Shown here: positions 30,101 to 37,129 of the stretch, piece after piece
Layout of the letters: each line of letters opens with the position of its first letter
Numbering within the stretch: the first letter of the stretch is position 1
IMG/VR virus record: IMGVR_UViG_3300045996_000592
Span: 32,001 to 96,000 of that record
Length of the DNA: 64,000 nt
Reading direction: 5' to 3' (one strand)
Source: a virus
Made by a program: the position numbers and the translations under genes
The notes under the pieces: generated by a model
Databases searched by the model: none
The model's input: only the letters and a program-made list of their open reading frames with translations
Told to the model about the DNA's origin: nothing

Positions 30101-33100
30101 ATCCTTTAACCCGGCGTCCGTAATAACCGTTTCCGTAGGTATGGGCCCACCATCCTCGTAACGGGTAGTCCTGCTGACAAAATATTTCTTACCGTTGACC
30201 GAGTGATAATTCAGCTCCATCGGGCTCAGGCCTTCCTTCACAAAATCAAATTCTCCGGTAGTAGTAGCAAAACTCATCAGTTCAGACAACTTTTCCCCGG
30301 ATAGGACCAGGGACTTCTTATCCTTCATCTCCGCTGCGATCAGTATGCGGAGCTGGTCAGCCTGGATAGCATTATTTACGAACGCCTTATGAAGTTCTAT
30401 GGGATTACCCCCCTTTATGTCTGTCTTGAATATCCTGATAAAATCCTTTAGGGTGATATCCCGGGCACTGATCGTCTTACCGTCTATTTTAACCGTATAC
30501 AACCCGCCGTAAGTCAGGAACCCGACCGGGGTATCATTACCGTCAAGGTGTATAGCTACATTAAAGGGGTTGGAGTTTGTGAACAGGTAGGGGTTTGACG
30601 TCTTCCTGTTGGAGTACTGGGCGCCGTTATTTGGGGTAATCCTCACAGACAATCTGCTGTTCAGTTGGTCCTTTGGTATGGCTACCAGTATGTCACTCAT
30701 CTGTTGTTTGGCTGCCTCAGTTAACACCCCCCGTTCTTCCTGTGAGAGCCCTGACCATAAAACGGTGTCAGCCATTTCAGGGATATAAGGGTATATCCTG
30801 ACCAGCTCGTGTACACGGGTCAGCTTTAGGTTTTCTTCGGGTTTTTCTACAGGTTCCTCTACGGTCAGTTTTTCTATAGAAGACACCTGCAGTTTATCCT
30901 TACTGTTCGACGGGTTGACCAGAGTGAGGTAACTATCCTTTACACCGGATACACGCCACCTGCCTTCGGGGTTGGAAACTGTTTTCTTACCGGTGAGCAC
31001 TTCTCCTACGTGTAACGTCTTACCGTCAAACTCCACTGTATCGCTCTTTATCTTACCCGAGGAATAATCATTTTTGAAGGTGTCCACGGTATAACGCGAA
31101 CCGTCTGCGAACCGAAACTCATTACCGATAACACGGTCTACTGTAACAGTCCGTACTTCCCCTTCGTCATTCTTATAAGTAAACGACTTACCCACATACC
31201 AGTTAATATCCTCCGGGGCTTCTGCAGGAGTAAGCTCTTCTTCAGGCGACGCCTCGTCAGTGATGATCTCTGTGGCGAGTTCTTCCTTGACCTCTTCTAC
31301 ACCGGCCTCTTTCATCATCTCCTCTATCCTGGCCTGCAGAAGATTACGGGCCGCCTCTTCCAGCGCCTCTGCTACTTTATTATGAACCTTAATAAACTCC
31401 ACCGGGTTTACCAGTGTGTTATACGCCTGTATGTGCTTACCTGCCTGTTTGTCCAGCTTGATGTAATCCAGCAGTTGGCCCATGGTGTCCTCTACGTCCG
31501 ACTCCGATACGATAGACTTATTGTTATTCTGGGCGTTAACCGAGTTGATATAACCCCTGTAGGAGTTCAGCAGCTTACCCCGGAAGTCGGAGCGGGCCGA
31601 TGTCTCGTCCAGGTCGGTTAGTGGGTTCTCGTGTACTTCCCTGATACGTTCCAGGTTAGCCAGTTGTTCCTTCATCTGATTACGTAATTCAGCAGACTCG
31701 GCTATCCCCTCAAGTGTCTTTATCTCTTTGGTCAGGAGTTTGATCTCTTTTTCCAGCGTATCCAGACTACCAATAATGTCGAACGCCTTGTTTACGGATG
31801 CCCCGATACCCGGCACACGGGCTGCTTCCGACTTCAGCTGGGCGGCCCTTTTAACGGCCTGCTTCATCTTGTAGTCAGAGGTAGCCAGTATCTCGATGGC
31901 CTCATCCAGCGCTCTCTTGGCTACCAGGGCCTTAAAACGATCTGATTCAGGGTCGAGTATTTTCTCACCCTTGTCGTTCGTCAAGTCTTTACCGTCAGCA
32001 TCCTTCATATAAGATGCGGCGTACTGTTCAGGTTTTACCCTGCCAGCGAACCTATCCTTCAGGTCTTCCCATACGGTATAAAAATCTTTTATCTGTGACG
32101 CGAACCCGGTCATGTACTCACGCACCTTCCCCTTACCGGCCTCTGTAAAGTCGATTCCGAACGCCTGCTTGAACTCCTCCTCGGTAAGATGTTCTCCGTA
32201 AGACTCTATTGTATCGAGTACACTGTCGAACATATTCATCTTGATGGCGGTACTGAATAGTTTAGCCGCACCGGTCTCCTTGATGTTGTTGTAGTTGAAC
32301 CTGTCCTGTGACTGCAGGGCCGCTTCCATCCCCTTAGCCGCTTCATCCTGTACTTTCAGGTTAGCGATCGCTGGGTTCAGTATGTTCTTAGGATCTTTAT
32401 AGAAGGCGTTCAGCAGCTCTATGTTCTCCTGTACGTCCTTATCAGCCGCCGTTTTAGCGTCACGGTATCCCTGGTTAAACCGGGAACGGGTAGCGTCATA
32501 TCCCTTCATCAATCCTGTCTGAATAGGGCTCACGAGCTTACCTGTTACCGCGCCCATCAGGAAGGTCTTGAAGCCTTCTTTGGATGCCTGTGCCCCCAGT
32601 CCTTTATCTACCGACTCTTCCCAGCTACCTTTACGGCCATCATACAGATCCGTATAGTAATCGGTAATTGCGGTCTGTGAGGAGTTCTGCAACAGTTCCT
32701 GTACGCCTTCCGCTACTTCCATCTTACCGGCGTGAAGACCGACAGACTTAGCTGCCTCCCAGTAGGCCTTACCGGCACCAAAGTCGTTCTTTATCTGGCG
32801 GAACGCTCCGAGTTTACCGAACCAGTCGGATTTCCTGTAGGCCTGGGTAGCTTCTTTACCTGCTATCTTACCTGAGACCTCAAATGCCTTTTCCTCGGCA
32901 TCTGTAGCCAGTTTCGACAGGGCCTTTTTTGAAGAAGAGAACTTATCCATCAGGTTACCGAACTCTATCCGGTTCATCACCGCCAGGATACCTGTATTCA
33001 CGATGAAGTTATCTGTGGCGCCGTCCTTGGCCAACCGCTCTATGCGGTTAAGGTCTTCCCCAATAGGGTCTGTACCGTGAGTGCTGACGTACTTCTCGTA

Positions 33101-34093
33101 GAGATTATTGTATAATGTTCCGTAGGTCTGTGCTGCCTCCATCCGGGCCTCGGTAGCTGCCGCGTTGAACTCGGATAACCCCCGCTTGATACCACCTGTA
33201 CCGATCCACGCCAGCTGTGCGAAGTTATGTCCTTCTTCTGCTGCCCTGGCTATATCAGCACCGGTTTCCGCCAGTGGTACGAACTTCTTGGTAGCATTCC
33301 ATAAGGTATTCACGAACCGGTCTGACTTCCAGACACTATTCAACCTCTGCATATCACGGGTTATCTCCGAAACTGTAGCCGCACCTTCACCGATTTTTGT
33401 CAACCTTGCGGCGGACAACCCGAGTTTGACGGGACTAAGCGCCCCGGCAATACCGGCGGTCATTAAGCTCTCCATCAGGAACTGGGCGCCGGCGCCGAAC
33501 GCAAACCCGGACTGCTGCACAAGGCTACCAAAGAACTCCCTGTTGAATATACCATCATGTCCTTCCTTGGTCTCGAAGATGGCATACTTATTCATGATTT
33601 CTTCTTGATCCTTTTGGAGGTCATAGAGTTCCTCTGCAGAACCTGTCAGTTTAGAAGCGTCCCAGCTGAACAGGGCGTTGGCCATATGGCCCCATCCTTT
33701 CCAGCCTTCCCAGAAGGTCTGTGAGCCAAGTTTCCACCCACCGCCAAGCGCGTTACCCATGACGTCACCCCAGGTCTGGGCCTGGCCATAACGCTCTTCA
33801 CTATTAACACCTGGGTCCATACCATAAGTCTTATAGTAGTCGCTACCCATATACCGCTCAGCCCTGATCTTATCCTTGTCATAGAACTCTGACTGACTGG
33901 CAGCCTCAGCTGTAGGGGTACGTAAAAAATTCCTGAACTCACCGTATACGTCAGTGTTACCACCCCGATTAACAGGGAGCAACGGGGTGTCATGTACCTC
34001 CGGTAACATCAGGTCAGATAATGCCGGAGCTTTAGATGTAGACAGAAATTCTGCGGGCTCGTTCTGGTTTATGAGTTCTTGAGAAAAATCCAT
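21191..34093 (-). CDS. giant virion-packaged RNA polymerase polyprotein (crAss-like vRNAP)
   Basis: 4300 aa; RIPSQDKHS and GADFDIDKL (24437-24451) as in phi14:2 gp66-type RNAPs; zincin HEAFH (28904-28918)...EEYLAD; hydrophobic N-terminal segments. Confidence 0.92.
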   Translation of the reverse strand: MDFSQELINQNEPAEFLSTSKAPALSDLMLPEVHDTPLLPVNRGGNTDVYGEFRNFLRTPTAEAASQSEFYDKDKIRAERYMGSDYYKTYGMDPGVNSEERYGQAQTWGDVMGNALGGGWKLGSQTFWEGWKGWGHMANALFSWDASKLTGSAEELYDLQKDQEEIMNKYAIFETKEGHDGIFNREFFGSLVQQSGFAFGAGAQFLMESLMTAGIAGALSPVKLGLSAARLTKIGEGAATVSEITRDMQRLNSVWKSDRFVNTLWNATKKFVPLAETGADIARAAEEGHNFAQLAWIGTGGIKRGLSEFNAAATEARMEAAQTYGTLYNNLYEKYVSTHGTDPIGEDLNRIERLAKDGATDNFIVNTGILAVMNRIEFGNLMDKFSSSKKALSKLATDAEEKAFEVSGKIAGKEATQAYRKSDWFGKLGAFRQIKNDFGAGKAYWEAAKSVGLHAGKMEVAEGVQELLQNSSQTAITDYYTDLYDGRKGSWEESVDKGLGAQASKEGFKTFLMGAVTGKLVSPIQTGLMKGYDATRSRFNQGYRDAKTAADKDVQENIELLNAFYKDPKNILNPAIANLKVQDEAAKGMEAALQSQDRFNYNNIKETGAAKLFSTAIKMNMFDSVLDTIESYGEHLTEEEFKQAFGIDFTEAGKGKVREYMTGFASQIKDFYTVWEDLKDRFAGRVKPEQYAASYMKDADGKDLTNDKGEKILDPESDRFKALVAKRALDEAIEILATSDYKMKQAVKRAAQLKSEAARVPGIGASVNKAFDIIGSLDTLEKEIKLLTKEIKTLEGIAESAELRNQMKEQLANLERIREVHENPLTDLDETSARSDFRGKLLNSYRGYINSVNAQNNNKSIVSESDVEDTMGQLLDYIKLDKQAGKHIQAYNTLVNPVEFIKVHNKVAEALEEAARNLLQARIEEMMKEAGVEEVKEELATEIITDEASPEEELTPAEAPEDINWYVGKSFTYKNDEGEVRTVTVDRVIGNEFRFADGSRYTVDTFKNDYSSGKIKSDTVEFDGKTLHVGEVLTGKKTVSNPEGRWRVSGVKDSYLTLVNPSNSKDKLQVSSIEKLTVEEPVEKPEENLKLTRVHELVRIYPYIPEMADTVLWSGLSQEERGVLTEAAKQQMSDILVAIPKDQLNSRLSVRITPNNGAQYSNRKTSNPYLFTNSNPFNVAIHLDGNDTPVGFLTYGGLYTVKIDGKTISARDITLKDFIRIFKTDIKGGNPIELHKAFVNNAIQADQLRILIAAEMKDKKSLVLSGEKLSELMSFATTTGEFDFVKEGLSPMELNYHSVNGKKYFVSRTTRYEDGGPIPTETVITDAGLKDSRAIRSKLTELDDKSKNLGRYVMAIELPGGKVVYVECYPDRLPEEAVNSLLDTINKNSVKLAEKTAALKDGEKVDPALMDEVNKVIGSTLFLSVPFENKGWYIDVELVSNGGLRVHLSNPSDKTLKMPAIYVDAGKTGLQFKDSIDFITEVNKAIKKAVDKVRQSNPAFNLELTLTPDNMLQHIPATVTDPDVLASLLTTSVSKNIVKNAGLVYSVTPTVENYVPIKEEKEPVVVEEVPERIQNVAEGTRVVLAEEEENDWDRFIAREEEWMNDRVGELTAKGIEEQDAIIQAVSEFREEADRVAARFKGEVLKVLQPEELTGLSVENYDRFVSWVKDNLPDFISVEELKELTKNLAEKSVTVGYFLRSLEILNGKKAVTGGKIFVGEDSPYKYHEAFHAIFRLLLPDNKITQLLDIARREVGKGLDRRIEELKGLHPMYKGMSRKELEERALEEYLADRFDQWKTNKSIETSHVAKSFFARLLEWIKKFIDRFTRGEIEGLFSEIEGGKYKNATLAANRFTNPEHEHITQPALKSIKSHKEVIKTEDGQTVTVQRYLTQEEGDKLAAAFARSFHMVVSKKAEYNTNEELEKLLDVYKKTYDPALYKDKAKAIFGGNLGKLADYYGKIKSYQNVFTDPENRQSLKEAVEVHLRIMGYNQSLQDEEYETVVDELGDRGADDFKKNAYSIGGYGSLSMVTRKYIATTAFPYTDDFGNDRLYSEETGQNDGEPIMQSVNVNSVYNGLLKQMAGITSQEKVIQRLNILRNEDSDTGKFVNKLFSDAGLTIEADGTPVMTQDTVASQVQAMLKDFQKHRVQYLFMGIDPTSEDNRTRIFAANRKDGGKTQVDQWAQAFETKYLIPFSDLTTKEKRKNFLLEKTEAISALITLLNRKEVSDLELTNEAQEISNLLKQELGIGLSVQYIRYSVSATIPEDKRTVTQQKLAEAYSEVTPAKTEDLQEIITAIQVGKPYVKESDSGSYTRFLNMANGNALFDDTVQGTSWKNAEGELVWDFQNASYHLDRITDFNESSEIDKLKEDPFLKNNILLDNLHKVQATGGFNVVRADGLKVEKIDDDGGVNKLLEVNQIDGVSYGSFGPREFLIYTMNLYQGLESDKKIKIADETFWTARHLIRVLEASSTGDLVKLPVIRTVSKVNGKLKITEDTLNLLYNEVVREFDRIRRVKEQNETAVYPEGYIEGYHYETKDGQKVPGRGERFYQMRAALGELAAEIESSAADPEYKLDKNTVLKQLRTYFRSQVDGFLQELQDGKIITKNEDGSYQNNLLGGFIEKGFGNEDKDYGLNMIEGDIEHNVAQIFLNDYLNTLAMNQLLLGDESRSLKDAVDAVKRAKGANGSGPSIESIFTAPSLGIHHKNVSIQVAHIKSQKFKATYGKEDGKIADGQMYGSIKAARYTAFALGKLTPTLAKVLDKMEAGTPLNPQDREIFGKSGLIAEGRMLNSQKLVYYDGVDYDKMSVFFLSKQYTSFKDKEGRWHSRPGMEELHDLREAMDKAEAENPEQISFVGDLTTAKAIKRNAADSAAHLKNGDVSRYFMSRPARYMRLQLENPSNKVKITDPTQAKHVIMSEQADDTLVNFMGVETDGDGNPWTVGRIREMYLSDTSNRVSNNFYQARNDIFDIDQAMTELGTSIRSGSVTPKLAAFQERAVETLKASGADNQLIELFEVKDGQPLYNLNNPITLKKYTQLFLAYFSKGVMSEKVPGTSVALVSNYGTRVVRQALTSERDSSGRPLRSRIVRRSEQEKYLSKNPEYYKSAKKYNNPYDRVFEEPIEEGDFFIDDLRHNVTEYDERGNITGYYTEFMMPPMYEDLLKLLPEEKIPEFLTKMFGVRIPSQDKHSFVNLKLVDFIPEYYGSSAVFPHELIEISGADFDIDKLYIHWPEVFYKKGGKLQPFGSAVTPQEKFDEYKVWLKKNNRRYSDIINILKKTDPHYKEAQENLRSLLDKKSELRTQLEDLKWITNDDGKYDSLFKWSARDLKQAQVELSEEVTEANELVHDLNVMLEAQALREMGLPDSSEEYREATLNKELNNGVLNNRILQQKIALLGNSHMVTGNKPIAFQTAGIDSFKDILKEFQEIFKGTPAEKYFTEATSDVNSLLGKYYAFKNNKEGATNIGPAVNAMLTYSLLSTYGVEIRDSYINDQGAEVPFFKFRMGDRVIGAGYTNYHSYNPETGMFDGERINKQISDLVSVMTDNAKERLAALLGLNISATGYVANMIAQGVPLKTALLLIRQPIVQEYFAKTLLNKSAVTRSDEKKVKAEAVFTELRSRFSEVPEEDIPNITDDLLIENLKSPSELSEYAALKTFEGVVKQTIYYNKVAQVLKLTKGLGTSFEDVDKIKDNITELGLMMTNEEFSKAPVPFDLRQVLTGRDPELPHHLFMSAYIQILGQLEELEKSMFLEKTDVFNRIKGIVKANLSEPDRFNKERFESTLRDNLVSYLGIKAYQQMLKDKGRISALNSLDNRLIYDTADTGYNHIADIVNMVRSGLTGKKSNYLVNNFLHLIPTSETTVTGEIVPSRINRDGITKLDTNTWAKLSEYQVNKLQDSFTDLYQTREKFTDKNGNKFSGREVATALFHYLLVKDGGMYRSGSFIKFIPTFMFRDLLSATGLANDLMKTRRSDEDYENVFGIGQAELFNEFMTYYMTNSGSSFDIMFRKNGTPKFTATGIKVVDEYTAAESFKVEGEGGTGNTITIDLFGGIRKKYSPSKFSSEENHMLVRNKQMIEARGFGFYRTEARVVEDNPEFQMIERGKTEVLFPYVFKMKAGGGPFSRHEYYILESLEGKENEGLSDPHSFIQLGEVMARGVRAVYKRFEPEGSNKQWRLGRMFGELPTTSQLLIKRGVDNNIGELDSPSFLGDSKMYELEAAEYSSQQNPVSELKNNYDVVSTYTFGIGWFYMRDGKNIQVDPAHSDLMGKPMLPSEVLEYFNKKGNLGNQPAVPSDKEVQDGLRACGLTK

Positions 34094-37020
34094 TAGGACT
34101 TGGTGTTTTTAGTACGTATTTTTTGGTTTTCTATATAGACATTTAGGCCCTGTTGTTTTAACCGGGTTAACCCTTCCCGGATCTGGGATACCTTCTTCCT
34201 TGAGTAGGGAACATATTCCGTATGTGTATCCCAATCCACGGCCCCGGTTTTAGGGTCGATGGTACGGATACGGGTTACTACGTTAACCCCGTCCCCCTGT
34301 GGGTGCATCTCCCAGTCAAGGCCCGCGGCCTTATCGACAGGCGAGGCATATTCTGATTCCCGTAAGAACTCCTTCTCCGTCTTCTGCGGCAGTTTTGATA
34401 AAACAGCAGTCATCCCGGATTTAGGGTTGAGTTCGATAAAGTAGCGGTTCATTAACCCCTTGATCACCTCTTTATCAACCTTGTTGTTACCTGTAGTGTT
34501 TATCCCTACCTCAAGAACGGGGTTACCGGTGAACCCTGCGAGATCGTAGTTGAAGTTATCCCCGAGGTACGTAGTAGCATCTTCCCGGCTAACTATGTTT
34601 CTGATCTGTTCTTCCACGGCCGGGTCTTTTACGAGGTTGTGGTTCTCATCGTATACCGCGATTTTATTATCGGGTAAAAGAGCGTCCCTGATGAACTGTT
34701 TATTATTAGACTCATCTCCGGTCATATTATAGGTGTACCTCTTTCCGATCTCGGCTGTCTGATTTTTAAAGAAAGAGAGATTAGGGATGATGTTTTCATT
34801 AATAGTCTCCATCTCAGCCTTCATCTCTCCCTGTTTTCCAAATAAGGCAGTAACAGTACCGGCAGCCGGTTTGTCGGGAGTAACCCTGAGCCCAACACCT
34901 GTGATGTATTTATCCAGCTCCCTTCTCAATTGTAACTCAGCATCACTATTTATCTGGAGCGACTGAAACCAACTTTCGGGAGTTCTCTTCTTATCGCCTA
35001 CCTGTAAAAGATCTTTACTGTTCACGATATCCCAGAACCGCCCCTCTCTCCATAACCTGGCCGCCTCAAGAGGTGTGATCTCTGTGTTATCTTTTAAGAC
35101 GATTTTTGGAAAATAATGAGCCATTTGTTCTGCACCTATAAGAGACACTTTACCATCCTTCACACTGATCGAGTATTTATATTTTCCCGGGTTACTACCG
35201 AGCTCCTTCTGTAGTTTCTCGTTACGCTCCTGTTCATCTTTCAGGTACTCATTCCTTATCCTCTTGATATCATCGTATTGTTTATTCAGCTGTTTAGCCT
35301 CCTCCAGTGAGGAACCAGTGGCTACCTGTATCTTACCGCTCAGTGTTGATGCGGAGTATTCTATAAGAAGGTCCGTCACTTCATCGAACGTCTTGGGCGT
35401 CTTACCTGTTTTAGCTGTCAGCGTCTTCACCACCTTGTAATAGTTCGCCAACTTGGGATCTTTAGTGTTTAATGCTTCCCCGGCCGCCTGACGGGTGAGG
35501 ACATCATTAAAGTCCATAATGGCTTTGGGGTCAGCCGATAGTTCCGGTGAGTACATCAGTGTTTTCATGGCTAATCCTCCCGAGTCATCCAACCCGGTCC
35601 CGTAAAGACCATTGATTATAGTATTCTTTTGTTTTTCCTTATACGCTATATAACGATCCGCAACCGGTACTACGTTAGCCAGCTCCGAGGTAGAAGAGTT
35701 CGGTATGCCGGCGGGACCGAACATAGTTGGGTATTTTAACTGTAACTCCTTCAGTTTGATCTCCCGGTCTGTTGCGTTACCCGCCAACAAACTCCTCCGG
35801 TACGTTTGTTCGTGATCCTCTTTTATCTGGTCAAACTTAAATTTACTCAGGGCGAGGTTATGATCCTGCGTCCTAAAAAAGGCGTCATCTGTCTTATATT
35901 CTACACTTGAGTTCTGGTTGGCGTACTTGTTTGCGTAGGCCTGCACATCATTCATCCGGATAGACCTGGCGTAATGATTACCGAGGCTACCGGCCATACT
36001 TTCGACAGTCTTAGGGTCATCTATGTCGATCAGATCCTTTTTAGCCTGTTTAACATGGGAGTCCGCTACTAAGAGTTTACTCTCCAGCCCGGCGAGAAGT
36101 CTTTTCTGGTCTTCTGAAAGACCGTTCTTACCTGCTTCCTTCTGAAGCATACCTATCTTTCCCTTTATCTCATCGTATTCGGCGTTAGCTGCGGTAACGT
36201 ACCCGTCATAGTGCGCTTTAAGTTCCGGGATAAGTTCCTGGGCCAGGAACTGCCGGGCCTGTTGTTCCGTAGCACCCGGGTGATCACGAAGGTACCCCTC
36301 TATCCGGTCAGCCTCCTGGTTCTTACCCAGGACCGAATACTGAGGTGTATATTGGGAACCTATCTGACCAGCAACCATAGTACGCCAACCACCGGCAGAC
36401 TCGGGCCCGTTAGTGTAATGAATAATTCTACCATCCCCTGTGACCTTATCCCAACTGATCTCCGGTTCTTCTTCAGAGTACCAGGTGTGAAGGTCTTTAT
36501 CTATCCTTCGAAATGGGGTCCACTCGGGAACAGTAATATTTTTAAGGTCTTCCGGCCGGGAGGTCTTCATCCTGTTATAAGCCCGCTGGAGAGGATATAA
36601 GGAACGCTCGTCATATGTGTCCTTGATGTCTTCATCCTGGCTATCCCTGGCTGCATAGGCTTTCTGTATCTTCGAGGTATAGTCCTTAGTAAGCTGGACG
36701 TCGGTCAGGATATTATCATCCGACCAGAACGGCGCGAATGCTCCCTGAGCCTTCTGTATCACGTCAGGTTTACCAATGTCAGATCTACTAATATCTTTTA
36801 ATGATTCCTTCGCCCTTTTGACATATTCAGCGCGGGCTATCTGATTATAGGGGTTAGTAAGTTGCGCGTTCAGTATAGATGACGCAGAAGACCTCAGCTG
36901 GTCTAACCCGGACTGGAACTGGTCGTTAGCCCGAAGGACTTGCCCCTGAAGGAAAGAATAATCAGGTTGGTAGGCTTCTACAGTAAATCTGTCTTGACCA
37001 CTTGGGAGGTAGTTACTCAT
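34093..37020 (-). CDS. virion cargo protein
   Basis: 975 aa, helical; YQPDYSFL N-terminus; TAATG-coupled to the vRNAP gene. Confidence 0.75.
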   Translation of the reverse strand: MSNYLPSGQDRFTVEAYQPDYSFLQGQVLRANDQFQSGLDQLRSSASSILNAQLTNPYNQIARAEYVKRAKESLKDISRSDIGKPDVIQKAQGAFAPFWSDDNILTDVQLTKDYTSKIQKAYAARDSQDEDIKDTYDERSLYPLQRAYNRMKTSRPEDLKNITVPEWTPFRRIDKDLHTWYSEEEPEISWDKVTGDGRIIHYTNGPESAGGWRTMVAGQIGSQYTPQYSVLGKNQEADRIEGYLRDHPGATEQQARQFLAQELIPELKAHYDGYVTAANAEYDEIKGKIGMLQKEAGKNGLSEDQKRLLAGLESKLLVADSHVKQAKKDLIDIDDPKTVESMAGSLGNHYARSIRMNDVQAYANKYANQNSSVEYKTDDAFFRTQDHNLALSKFKFDQIKEDHEQTYRRSLLAGNATDREIKLKELQLKYPTMFGPAGIPNSSTSELANVVPVADRYIAYKEKQKNTIINGLYGTGLDDSGGLAMKTLMYSPELSADPKAIMDFNDVLTRQAAGEALNTKDPKLANYYKVVKTLTAKTGKTPKTFDEVTDLLIEYSASTLSGKIQVATGSSLEEAKQLNKQYDDIKRIRNEYLKDEQERNEKLQKELGSNPGKYKYSISVKDGKVSLIGAEQMAHYFPKIVLKDNTEITPLEAARLWREGRFWDIVNSKDLLQVGDKKRTPESWFQSLQINSDAELQLRRELDKYITGVGLRVTPDKPAAGTVTALFGKQGEMKAEMETINENIIPNLSFFKNQTAEIGKRYTYNMTGDESNNKQFIRDALLPDNKIAVYDENHNLVKDPAVEEQIRNIVSREDATTYLGDNFNYDLAGFTGNPVLEVGINTTGNNKVDKEVIKGLMNRYFIELNPKSGMTAVLSKLPQKTEKEFLRESEYASPVDKAAGLDWEMHPQGDGVNVVTRIRTIDPKTGAVDWDTHTEYVPYSRKKVSQIREGLTRLKQQGLNVYIENQKIRTKNTKS

Positions 37021-37039
37021 GATAGGGTAGGGTCTTATA

Positions 37040-37094
37040 ATAATATAACCTAAACTACCTTAATTTACAAGTCAAACTAAGGTGGTTTAGGTTA
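37040..37094 (-). promoter_or_regulatory. putative promoter overlapped by a 17-bp inverted repeat
   Basis: Minus strand CTTG-N20-TATATTAT; arms 37046-37062 and 37078-37094 with one mismatch. Confidence 0.55.
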
Positions 37095-37129
37095 CCTAAG
37101 ATAACAAAAACGGAGGATACAAAAAAGGA

